Below, in pieces: positions 51,210 through 62,905 of a DNA stretch of 64,000 nucleotides. The first letter of the stretch is position 1; every line of letters starts with the position of its first letter. The notes under the pieces were generated by a model. That model saw only the letters and a program-made list of their open reading frames with translations, was not told the DNA's origin and searched no databases. The stretch lies in assembly GCA_950097015.1 (NCBI GenBank), contig CATNEN010000002.1, forward strand, positions 2,294,001 through 2,358,000. Direction: 5' to 3'. This DNA comes from Macrostomum hystrix. Lineage: Eukaryota > Animalia > Platyhelminthes. The position numbers were made by a program, and so were the translations under genes.

Positions 51210-51290
51210 GACTAGAAAAAGCAAAAAGGGGCCTTCTTATTATATAGGCCTATTCTACATTATACTTCTACATTAATACAATAAAGCCTG

Positions 51291-51692
51291 GGCGATTGTG
51301 CAGTTTCCAACTCTAATTATTTTCACCCTTTTTTCGAACTTTTCAGCTATGCTAGTATGGCTGGGGGACCCCAACAACCAAGCGGCTAACACAAATACCA
51401 TTGAGGGAATGTGGGGAAATTGCAAGGTGAAGTATCAAGCCATGCACAGAACCTATGACAGTTTATTTGAAACGTACCTGCAGGAGTTTATGTGGCGCCA
51501 AGCCTTCCCCAAACGCCAGTTTGGCAATATCCTCTACTGGATAACGAACTACTACCCTGTGTTGTGCGAATGTGCAGACGTGAACTTGAACTTGCTTTGA
51601 ACTTGCGAACTTGCATTGTTACACTTGTTTAATATTTGAAAAGTTCGAAAAAAGGGTGAAAATTATTTAGAGCGCGAAACTGCACAATCGCC
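51291..51692 (+). mobile_element. Merlin/IS1016-like internal-deletion derivative (402 bp)
   Basis: ~55-bp imperfect TIRs starting GGCGATTGTGCAGTTT; exact 8-bp TSD AAAGCCTG (51283-51290, 51693-51700); residual NTNTIEGMWGNCK...YLQEFMWR, the ISXO2/Merlin transposase C-terminal motif. Confidence 0.88.
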
Positions 51693-52248
51693 AAAGCCTG
51701 AATGTTGGCACAGATGACTTTAATACTTGAAAAAGAAACTGAAAGACTTGATTGACTTGTATATAGTTAAAAATCATGCCCTTCATTCATTGTAGGACAA
51801 TCACAAAAATTACATCAAATTCAAAACTATTTGTTTATCCAAAATATTGCTATGCACAGTGACAATTTTTTTGTTACTACAATCAATTTCAAACTAGAAT
51901 ATAATTTTCAAATTTTACCAATTATCATCTTATTGCCATGGCATTAATATAGAAGATGCAGGAGCCTAATGGTTATGTCAATAAGTAGGCCTAGGCTTAT
52001 TGCCAATGTACTATAGCAATAGTCATTTTATGACAATTAAAATTATTTCAGTGGCACAAAATTGCTTTTATAAACATTTCTTTAATAAATTGCAGATGTT
52101 TTTAATCAGCCAAACACTTGTCTCAAAGTACTACAATACAGTCTGATTTAATCAAATGATTACAGACTATGTAAATATTTGTTTGAAAAAAACAAAGTAT
52201 TAAAAGATACTGCTTGCTGTGCCACAGTTTCTGTCTTATCTGGCTTGA

Positions 52249-54422
52249 ATGGCAGCCAGTTCAGCAGGTCACAAGCAGCAACAGCAGCAACCTGCAACTC
52301 TTAAGTCCTCAGTTGCTCGCCTGGCACGCCTGTTTCTTGGAAAGTCTAGATCTAGTCATGAGGCTAGACAACAGCAGCAACAAAAGCAGAGAGTGCTGCA
52401 ATCTGAGATTGGAGACAAGCTTGAACAGGCTTCAGATATCAGGCAGTTGGGTGTGGGTCTCGCCTGGTATGGCAGCCTTGCTAGAGAGCCATCAGCTGTT
52501 ATGCCACACAGCTTCCAGTACCAGTCAGTGTCGCAGATTCAGCGCTATTGGCGCAGTCAGGACAGGCTGGCAAATTGCGATGTCACTCAGATGCCAATCG
52601 ACTACGACTGTGACGACAGTGGAGGAGGCACTTTGATGTCACAGTCAGTGCATGCAGGCCTAGCTTGCTCTGTGGAGGTTAGAAACAAAAGTACTGCCTG
52701 ACACTGGGGAAGGGGTAACTGGGAGTCTTGAGGCTCACTGAAGGATCAGGGGATGGGTAAGTGGGATTCACTAAAGGATAATCAGGGGATGGGATGCATT
52801 TTAAGTCTGTTATGGGATAGTTTCGATAGTTTCATGAAGAATCATTGTCGAATATGATGACAATAAGGCCCCTAAATTAATTTTTTTTTCTGTTAACAGC
52901 CTGAGGCATTGCCCAAGAACAAGTCGGAGGGCTATTTACTGAATGCATCCGGTTTATCAGTGCCGGCTGGCAGCAGCAGCCGCTTGGTTGGTGTTGAGTG
53001 CGTCAGCAGCGCTGACTTGGCATCGCTTGTGCGGGCCAAGCAATCGGAGCTGGATCAACTGCGCTGCACAATGGAACGGAATGAGGCCGCCCTAATGCGC
53101 GTGTTCGAGGAACGACGGGCAGATCTGGAGTCAAGGGTGCGCTCTCTGAGGAACTTGCCTTGACTTTCCTTCTTCCTTGCTTTTTTCCCTCCCTCTCTCC
53201 CCCCTCTCCTCCTCTTTTCCCTCCTCCCTTCCTCTTTTCCCTTCTCCCTTCCTCTTATTCCTCCTCCCTTCCTCTTTTCCCTTCTCCCTTCCTCTTTTCC
53301 GTTCTCCCTTCCTCTTTTCGCTCCTCCCTTCATTTTTTCCTCCTCCCTTCCTCTTTTCCGTTCTCCCTTCCTCTTTTCCCTCCTCCTCCCTTCCTCTTTT
53401 CCTTTCTCCCTTCCTCTTTTCCCTCCTCCCTTCCTCTCTTCCCTCCCTTCCTCTCTTCCCTCCCATCCTCTTTTCCCTCCTCCCTTCCTCTCTTCCCTCC
53501 CTCTCTTCCCTTCTCCCTCCTACTCTTGCCTACTCCCTTCTTCATTTCTCTCCCTCTCTTCCCTCGTGCCTCCCTCTCTTCCCTCCTTCCTTTTTCTTTT
53601 ACCTCCTCCCTTACTCTCTTCCCTCCCTCTCTTCCCTCCTTCCTTCTTTTCCCTCCTCCCTTCCTCTCTCCCCCCATCTCTTCCTTCCCTGATCACCTTT
53701 CAACAGTATTTATTTTGCATTAGCCAGTCGCAGCTGTTGATTCCCGTGCCTGCCTCCCCTGCCCCCGGTGCAGCTGGAATCTGAGCGCGCATTCGGCGCC
53801 GAATTAGCGCCAGCCGTGGCGCAGGCGAATCAGCGCGCTCGCCAGTCCGACCAGGCCTTGGCCGAGCTGCGCGCCGTCGTTGAACAGCGACGTCAAGAGT
53901 CGCGCCTGCTGCGCTCTCGCTTGCACGCCATTGAAGCGGACTCTCGACAGAAGGCCGAACTGGAGCTTCAACTGTCGATGTCTAGCGGCTGCGGCGGCTG
54001 CGTCGCTAGCGAGAGTCGATCCTGTCAGGCTTCCATAGCAGCTGATGATTCGCTCGAGTTACATATTACTGCGGCCAAGGCGGCCCTTGAAGAACAGGTG
54101 AAGAATTGCTTTTTTATTTATCACTGGGTAAAGTTTTCAGGTCTGCTGCTTCCACTAAGACGCCTCTAAAGCTAGGGATATTAAACTCTCTCTACAGACT
54201 CGCAGCTTTGCCGCTGCGCGCAATCAGTGGCTTGCGGAGAAGTGCCAGGTGCTGGCCTATCAGAAACAGCTGCAGCTCAACCTGGTCCAATTGCGTAACA
54301 AGACCACCCGTCTGGCTGCGGATGTGGAACAGTTGAACTCCGAGCTGGCCGCCAAGGACTCGCTGCTGCAGCGCAGAGCTCAGGAAACATCCAACTGTTT
54401 GTCTGGCATGTCCGAGTGCTGA
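52249..54422 (+). CDS. LZTS: LZTS/N4BP3 (Fez1-domain) coiled-coil protein; exons 52249-52677, 52900-~53136, ~53774-54097, 54198-54422
   Basis: ERNEAALMRVFEERR and the C-terminal QWLAEKCQVLAYQKQLQLNLVQL match the family WxxEKEKVIxYQKQLQxxY motif. Phase-0 GT-AG splices; ends in ...MSEC. Intron 2 boundaries are uncertain. Confidence 0.72.
53160..53690 (+). repeat. CT-rich polypyrimidine tract in LZTS intron 2
   Basis: CTCCCTTCCTCTTTTCC-type repeats. Confidence 0.9.
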
Positions 54423-55361
54423 TATCGTTTATAAGGCTGCAGATCTGAGTTTATTGTATTGTTCATTCTGAGGAGGGCGTCCTCAAACAAACAAACTCCA
54501 GCAAAATGGCCCACAAAGCTCTGGCTTCTGGCCCCCTAGGACCTATCCAAACTTCAACTCTCTGATCTATCCCCTCTCATCTCTCCCGTGTCCTGTGTCT
54601 TATATCTCCCTTGTCTCATATCTCTCTCCCGTCTCAACTCTCCATGTCTCATCGCTCCCTGACAATAATTCTCTGTTTGCCCGCAAGGCATAGAGTTTGT
54701 GGCTACTGGCTCGGTGCTGTCACCAGTCAGATATTTGATTGTTGGATACAAACATAATCAATTCAGTCATTTTATTCGCTTATGAACAATTTTTTCAAAT
54801 AGTGCAATTTGTATACTATCGAATGAGTCGATTGCAACTCGACAAATTTTTCGTTTCCCAGTTTATTCCAGAATTATAAAAAGCTATTTTATTGCTATTA
54901 CAAAAAATTGCTTCATATGATAACGCACAAGTCCAACTTCAGTTTTAGTTCGGGTTTTCCAAAGTACTTTATTTTTATGGCCAAACTGGACCTCTTCAAA
55001 ACGCCAACTCACTCTGGCATTGTGTGCGCGCTTGTCTACTACGAGTAGCAATTTATGGATAAAATATTTAGTCCATTTAACCGATTAAGACCGTTTGAAT
55101 TCTCGGCATTTTACATATTTTACACACGATTTTCCTTGTATTCCAGTCAGAGTCTTTGTTCACTGAGTGTTCTGTGAGTTCAAATTTGTCTGTGAGTTTT
55201 TGTTTTTTGTTTATTTGCTTGTTTGCACAACATTTTTTTAATTGTGCAATTTTTAACTTTCGTAAGCGCATGTTGCGAAACAGTGGATAAACGTTCAAGG
55301 ATCCTCTGGTAGGCCCTCCAAATTATTTATTTACCGGTTGGTTGATTTGATTAGTCGCTAG

Positions 55362-58143
55362 AACAGATAATATATAACTAGATTGGTCACTCAGTTAATT
55401 TTCTCTCACACTACTCTTAGGACCAGCCATCAGTAGTAAAAATAGCCAAAAAAAAATCAAGTTAGAAAATTTTGTAAAATAGTATTTTGATAGCAAGAAA
55501 CTTGATATGCATGAGCACACTATTCATTTTATTTCTGACATCAATGTATATTGTAGTAATTGTAGTATTGTAGTAATTATTGTAGTATGTTCTAATGTTT
55601 TTATGCAAAAGAGGAGCAAAATTAGCAGTACAGTTAAAAAAATACAATTATAGCAAGTTTACATAGCAAATTTAACGAGACAATTACATAACAAAATTAC
55701 ATTCAAAAGGCTACAAGTTCATATGACTCGGGCACTCGAGCTAGAAGTTCATATGACAAGTTCACATTAATTTATACATATATATTGCATACATAAAAAA
55801 CGTTAGAAACAATGCATGTCAGAAAATTGCCACGTTTCAGTCACAAAGAATGAAATTTTGTTAATTTTTTTGCTGCACTGTTCTTTGCTCTTTCGGCTCG
55901 CAAATTGCGCATTTGTTCTCTGCACCACTGTCGAAGGCGAAGGCAGGCGAATCCGGCATACAATTTTGGAGATCGATGCGATTGAAGTCAGCCACCCGTC
56001 TTTGAATCTCATGGTCGTTTTTGCAGCACGACCACTTAAGGGGTGAAAAATCCAGCTCTCGACAAACTTCTTAAACTGCTGTAGGCTTGCTAGTTGGTCG
56101 GAAAACTTGTCCTTTGCAATCGGCTGTTCATATTCCTTGCCGAATGCATGAACGGAGTTCAACATGTCGAATACCTTGTCAACCTGATCAGCAAACTCGG
56201 CTGTCTGTAGTGCTTCTTTGGGCATCTCGTGGTGATGGACGAGAGTTTTAATGCCACTGGCAACCGAGTGGCTTAAAACCTGAGCAGCCAACGAGACTTT
56301 CATCTTCTGGCCCATTTGCAAATTGAAATGGCTGTCATCTAACTTGTTTGCCAATCTCAGATGACGACTGCTGTCAATATTATAGAAGCGGACAATGTGT
56401 TGCCACTGGGCCACCTTGCAACCATTGAATTCGATATTGTTCTTGATGAGAGCGTTTCTCAAATTTTTTAGACAATGGGGTACATCAATGACAACATAAA
56501 CTGCTTCCTTTGTAATTGGATGGCATAGGAACGGTCTTTCTGTGCTTAACTGTTTTGATAAGTATGCCAACTGCGTTGTTTCCTGATCCGCAACAATAGC
56601 GACAACTCGAATTCCTGCATTATGACTGGCTGTCAGGCATTCATCAATAGCGTTTCTAAATCCTTCCTGGCCAAGGGATCTGTGAGCCGGATAATAAGCA
56701 ATAGGTTGTCTCCAGTCTCGTCTAACACCTCGCAGTACACCAACTACAGCTTCATTCACAACTTGAGGAAGACACTTGCCACTGTCTGTGGTCTGCTTAG
56801 TTGCAGGATCGAAGCCAACAATCTCGTCGCGATGCTGGTCATATCGAATTGAGGAAGACAGGCTCATGCCATCAAAACAAAGTGTAGCAATGCGCTCATG
56901 ATCAGGTGCTGTTGTCATTTTTTCAGAGAAGCAGCGCATAGTCATGCTGCATACACCTGTAGTGCTGAAGAACAGCCGAGTCCGCCTCTTGAGCAAAGAT
57001 TCTGACGGAAGAGGTAAAGTCCAGTTGCTCCTTAGCAATCGATAAGCAGCTGGACTCTTGTGCCGCAGTTGTATCGCCGATGTTATGTCTCGGTTGGACC
57101 ATCTCATGCCGCGATTACGAACATGTTGATGTTGCTGCTTTATCTTGTTTCGCATTATTCGGCTGGCAATGCTGCTGTCTGATAGTGTCAGTGTCTGGGC
57201 TCGTGCTAGCTGAAGCCTCAGCTTATTTATCGTTGCTCGATGGTTGTATAGTTGCTTTCGCAGTTTTCTTAGTTGACTAGGGTTGGGGTGAAATCGCAGT
57301 CGCAGCGCTCCATCCTTGTTTATGCATGCAGCTGCCACATCAGGTGCCCGCTTCGAAGTATTTGGAGCAGCTGCAGTGTCCTCAGCATCCCACCTTGTTA
57401 GTACAGGCGGATATAGTTCGTCAGCATCGGCATCAGTCCTTGTTACCTCCAGCTCGCTTTCAGGCTTTAACCGGGGCAGTACTAGCAACTTGTCTGGTAC
57501 TGCATTCCATAGCAAGCGAGTAGATGCCTCATGACGCAATGCGGGGCAGCTGTAAGCCGAATCGTCGAAATGTGCACTGCAGACTTTCAACTCGCGCTGT
57601 CGAATCGCTGTAAGCTCTAAATCCAGCTCCAGAATTCCTTTCCATCGAGTAGCCACCGCGTCATCTGCTGGGAATCTGTGCATTCGCACTGGAGTTCTGG
57701 TATCGCCAGTGTATGCGTGAGCTGTATTTGTGCAGGTGGCTGCACAGCACCTTTTTGAGCTGAATGTAAAATTATGCGTCGACATGGCCCAGGACAAAGG
57801 AAGGACAAGAAATTGGGCTTGGTCAAATACTCTTAAAACAATTGAGAAACGCTACGCTTATATTGAGATTGGTTCACAAGACGCATAGTGCGTACGGCAA
57901 TGTTGAGGTTTCCTTCGCGATATTATTTTTTAAATGGATTTGAATTCGCGCGTCCACAGAGATGTTTAATATGACGTGGCAAGTGCCATAGAATGAAGCT
58001 GACGTGGCTGAAATAGCCACTGATATTTAGTCACTGATATTTTTTTGTTGTATTTTGCATTTACACTACTGTCCTAAGAGTAGTATCCATTTTGCACCCA
58101 CAGCGAGATGGAGAGTGACCAATCTAGTTATATATTATCTGTG
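55362..58143 (-). mobile_element. P-element-superfamily transposon, internally deleted (2782 bp)
   Basis: 31-bp TIRs (C/A)ACAGATAATATATAACTAGATTGGTCACTC at 55362-55392 and 58113-58143; exact 8-bp TSD GTCGCTAG (55354-55361, 58144-58151). Confidence 0.92.
55803..57785 (-). pseudogene. THAP-domain P-element transposase (THAP9-like) missing the third catalytic motif
   Basis: THAP CCAATC...HRFP...W...VCSAHF; LCFDGM, WRQPIAY, VADQE, DVPHCLKNLRN, KMKVSLAAQVLS and FDMLNS. No NQDxLE motif. A C-terminus-like tail LYAGFACLRLRQWC...KKLTKFHSL* lies in another frame (stop at 55841-55843). Confidence 0.88.
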
Positions 58144-60052
58144 GTCGCTAGTACTAATATGATCCAAGATTTTACATATCCGTTTTCTCTGACTGTCCCT
58201 CTGTCCTAACTTGTTGTTCTTCATGAGCAGCTTATGCAAACGTGTAACTTTTCAGCCAACATATTCGACAGCTTTGCGCGTTACTTGTGTTACTTTCCGC
58301 GGTATCAAGTATTAAGTCCTTGTCTCTTCATGCTTCTGCTTGCTTCCCAGAAATCTCGCTCCAATTTAAAAAAAATTGTATTGATCGTTTGCTGTATTGG
58401 AGTTTACTCCACTGAATATCGCAAGAATGCCCAATTACGGATTTTTATTTCTTTACGGAGATAAAATTGATGCGCGCGTAAGCTACTATCTCTGTGAGAG
58501 CAATTAAAGTAGCCATAGACTATGACCAAATTGATGCACGCGTAAGCTACTATCCCTGTGAGAGCAATTAAAGTAGCAATAAATATTCACCATTGTTTTT
58601 CGATTTCTGCAGAAAAACAAGCATTTAGAAAAACAATTTCTGTCTACAGTTACTGCTTGGGCATGCAGTAGCTGTCATTGTTTTGACGACGAGAAATTTA
58701 AATACTGTACATGCAGGAAGGAAGGAATTCTAAAACAAAAACGTAACACAATAGCATAAGAAGCAGTGCTGAGCGCTGATAGTCGGCATTATGATGTCTG
58801 TTATCACCGATGTGATTTTCTGTAATTCTGATTTGTCGCAGCCGATGAATAAGAAAGACTATTTTATATTGTCCTTACGGCGGAGAACAACATAGTTCAC
58901 TTTACAGGGTCAAGCTACTCGATTCCGAGAAGCGCTTTTCTGCATGCAAAACCCAAAAGCAACGGTGATAGTCTATTTGGCTGCTTTCATTTTCGGCCCA
59001 GAAAAGAAAAACACGGCAATTGAGCTGCAGGTGATTTTCTGTGGTTTACTCTGCTCTGTATATACCTGCAGCGTGTTTTTAATAGTAATTTACATTGCCT
59101 TAAAGACACATGTTTGTTGTCGGTTATACTTATTTTTTTGTTTATAGTTACCATTGAAAGTAATATAATATCACAATTGTCTCCTACAATGGACTTCAGG
59201 ACTTGTGTGTATTTATAGCCGTTTTGGCGCCAGGCAGACATAGCCTTTTAATATTGTTTCAACTGTGTTTTCATAATTTTCTAGATAGAAAATCCCTATT
59301 TCAGTCTCAGCTCCCTATTTCAGGTTTAATCAACAGCAGCGAAAATTTCATTGTAGGGGTGTATAGTGGCTGTGGCGGAGGAAACAAGAGTACAATAATT
59401 GCGAGCTGCTTGAGAAACAGAGTCAATGCAGAGACAGCAAAATTTGCACATCAGGGCTTGTAAGTGCCAAAAGCTGAGCAAGGAGGCTGGATTTGTGGCC
59501 TAAATAAGGCTAGGTGCCTTGATAATTTCCTAATAAGAGAGTAATACAATAATAAAATTATATTTGCTTTGATACAGCCTATTTTTTACAGACTGAGATA
59601 GAAGAGGGGAGAGACAAAGAGAGATAGAGAGACACAGAGAGACAGAAAATTAGAGTGATTGTCGAACAAGTCATCCGATTTGGTACGTTATTTGACCGTC
59701 AGCAGGAAGCCGACGCGAAGTGTGACAGCTAGTATTTTTTTTAATATACATGCATGATTGCGAGATTTGTTATTGAAAAGAAGAGAGAGTATGAGTTAAA
59801 AGTTTCCATGTATACATGCGTAATTCAAAAATTTAATACTATATCCAATTACTTTTTAACGCAGCTAATAATCTCAAATCATCTTCAGTTGATGCATAGT
59901 GCATGTTTTTTAAGTTTAATTAGCGCGCAAGTGTATACTTTTTATTGTTAGATTTTTGGTAATGTTACTTTTTTAAACGTAGTTATAATGAGGCTAAAAG
60001 TGCTTTCTTTTAAAAATAGGTTTTATTAGAACGTGTTTAAACTGCAGACTTG

Positions 60053-62150
60053 GGGTGTGTATAAAGCCAGGGCTCGGCTGGAGGTCAGTGGCATTAAAAC
60101 AAAGTTTAAAGAATAGTCGGGCAGATAAGACGAAAAATGAAGAATAAAAGAAATTCATATGCGTATATTAATTATGATTGTTTTTATAAATTTTTAATTT
60201 TTCTTTACATCACGAAGTTAGTTACATAGAATTTTTTAATTTCCTTTTTTCCGGCCGTAATTACGTCAAATATTAAGTCATATTATTCAAGGTATATAAA
60301 GGTATATAATAGGTATCAAGGTATCAAGATATAATATAGGTATCAAGATATAATAGGTATAATAGGTATCAATCAATGTATATAATAATATAATATACCG
60401 TTAATATTATTAATATTAATAATATATTAATATTAATATTAAGTCCAAAAGAGGCTATATTCGAATTTTAAAACGGCGAAAGCTTTCGTATAAATATATT
60501 ATCGTAGGGGCTTATAAACCGCTCATAAGCCCGTTATAAGCCGAAGTTTATTTTGAACGACCAGACCAAGTTATAAGTAACATCGCTGCTTGAAGCAATT
60601 AGTGGCGAATAAGAGTTACATCAAGATCTAGTTGAAAAGTTGCAAACTTGCAAAGTTGCAAAACGATATTCTCAAAATTACATATTATAAAATACAAAAT
60701 AAAAAGAATTAAAAAATAAATGCCTTGATCAAGCCTTGTTTTGCAATAACATGGTGTTAAATTCTAGCAATTTTCGCAGTCTATAACTACAACTGTGTAT
60801 CTTAAAGATTTAAACCTAAAATGCAGCTGAAAGTAAAGTGTTAAAGCAGTTATAGTGACGTCCGGCTCGTTAATTTCCGAGCCATATTAACATATTGAGG
60901 TTTGCAAATAATAATTTATTACCAAAGCAAATGCTTTTTTTGTTATAACTTTGCTGACCTATCCAATCAGAATAAATTCCATCGACGCATATGTCAAAGA
61001 TCCTAAAATTTTATTTTCAGTTTTTCTAAACATATCGGATACCTTTTCCGTGATAAATTCAGACAGCATACGCTAATAAATACGAGTATAAAAAGTTCAA
61101 TTATTTAGAGAAATGGTTAGAAGTTATATAAAAAACATCTATTGGTGTTGTTAGACCATTGCAGTTGGTCAGTGTAAAACTTTGATCGAAAACACTCTCG
61201 GACAAAAATGTATTGCCGACAGATTCGAACCAAAATGTCGTGTACGCGTCCTAGACGATCAAGCGTCTTAGACAAAAGGCCATCGGAAATTAACGAGCTG
61301 GACGTCACTATAACTGCTTTAACACTTTACTTTCAGCTGCATTTTAAGTTTAAATCTTTAAGATACACAGTTGAAGTTATAGACTGCGAAAATTGCTAGA
61401 ATTTAACACCATGTTATTGCAAAACAAGGCTTGATCAAGGCATTTATTTTTTAATTCTTTTCATTTTGTATTTTATAATATGTAATTTTGAGAATATCGT
61501 TTTGCAATGAGATTCTCGATATTGAATTACGAAAAGGCATATTGAGAAAATATTGCGTGTACAATCGAGCATTGGTATTGCTAAGGCTCTTTCGTATTAT
61601 TTCAAGCGGAAGCGAAAGATTAGATAAGATTACACTCCCGTTTCACTAGCGACTCGCTATAAACCCACTTTTTTTAAACTCGTTCGCCACAAATGAAAAA
61701 CTACTTTTCAACTAGATCTTGATGTAACTCTTATTCGCCACTAACTGCTTCAAGCAGCGATGTTACTTATAACTTGGTCTGGTCGTTCAAAATAAACTTC
61801 GGCTTATAACGGGCTTATGAGCGGTTTATAAGCCCCTACGATAATATATTTATACGAAAGCTTTCGCCGTTTTAAAATTCGAATAGCCTCTATTTGACTT
61901 AAATTTATTAATATTAATATATGACTTAATATTTGACGTAATTACCGCCGGTAAAAAAGAAATTAAAAAAATTCTATGTAACTAACTTCGTGATGTAAAG
62001 ATAAATAAAAAAATTATAGAAACAATCATAATTTATACACGCATATGAATTTCTTTTATTCTTCATGTTTCGACTTATCTGCCCGACTATTCTTTAAACT
62101 TTGTTTTAATGCCACTGACCTCCAGCCGAGCCCTGGCTTTATACACACCC
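60053..62150. mobile_element. Non-autonomous Mutator-like/foldback element with ~830-bp TIRs
   Basis: Ends GGGTGTGTATAAAGCC...GGCTTTATACACACCC; exact 9-bp TSD GCAGACTTG (60044-60052, 62151-62159); arms 60053-60880 and 61283-62150 with indels; ~400-bp non-coding spacer. Confidence 0.92.
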
Positions 62151-62652
62151 GCAGACTTGTAAACACAGGCTGTTATCTGTTTCAAAATTTTATAGCAGCG
62201 TCTTAGTCTAAACAGTCAATTAAACGGTATGATTTATCGCAAAGGACTGCTCATGCAGCTCCCGCTGCTCTTCTCGTCCTTCTGTATGCGTCAACCTGTG
62301 GCAAGAGCTATGGTATGCATTAAAGTCCATATAGTTTTCATTTGTATTTGGTCTCAATAATCAATTTTCATGCTTCGTGATTTGTAAAACAACTTAGCGT
62401 GCTTCGCTTATATATTCTATGGCGCTAGTAATCATTGATTGTCTCTTATTATTTTATTAAATACTGTGAAAGGATTTTTAACCCCTTCTTTGCCTAATTG
62501 CCTAATAAAATGTTTTTATTGCATTTAGGAATAAAATATGAAGTAAATATGGCTTTCTGTTATTAATACTAATTGCTCTATAATAGATTCATTTTTATGT
62601 TAGGCCTAGCTAAGCCTATTCTTTCCTACAAGTTCATCCTATGAATTCTATG

Positions 62653-62905
62653 CTATTCTTTGTGTTCTGACTTGTAGTAGACTAGTAGCCCATCGCCATG
62701 ACCATGTCCATGTCCAAAGACAGTTGTCATTGTAGAACCAGAACTGCCACCATCAACATTACTAGCTTGTCTAGGACTGGGTGTAGAACCAATAGCAGCA
62801 GCAGTTAGGCCAGTTCTATGATGTCCAAAAACATGATCACAATCATGTTTAACCAGATTATAATCTATTTCATTTGTCAACTTTTCTGCTGCACTGGGCT
62901 CAAAG
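62653..62905 (-). CDS. Possible terminal coding exon of an unidentified gene
   Basis: Acceptor-like TCTTATAG| followed by an open, protein-like frame (FEPSAAEKLTNEIDYNLVKHDCDHVFG...HGHGHG...EHKE*). No phase-compatible upstream exon found and no family recognised. Confidence 0.3.

Noticed and set aside
58460-58580. Two-copy ~62-bp direct repeat next to the P element
   Set aside because: It lies outside the TSD-defined boundary; a local duplication with no evident function.
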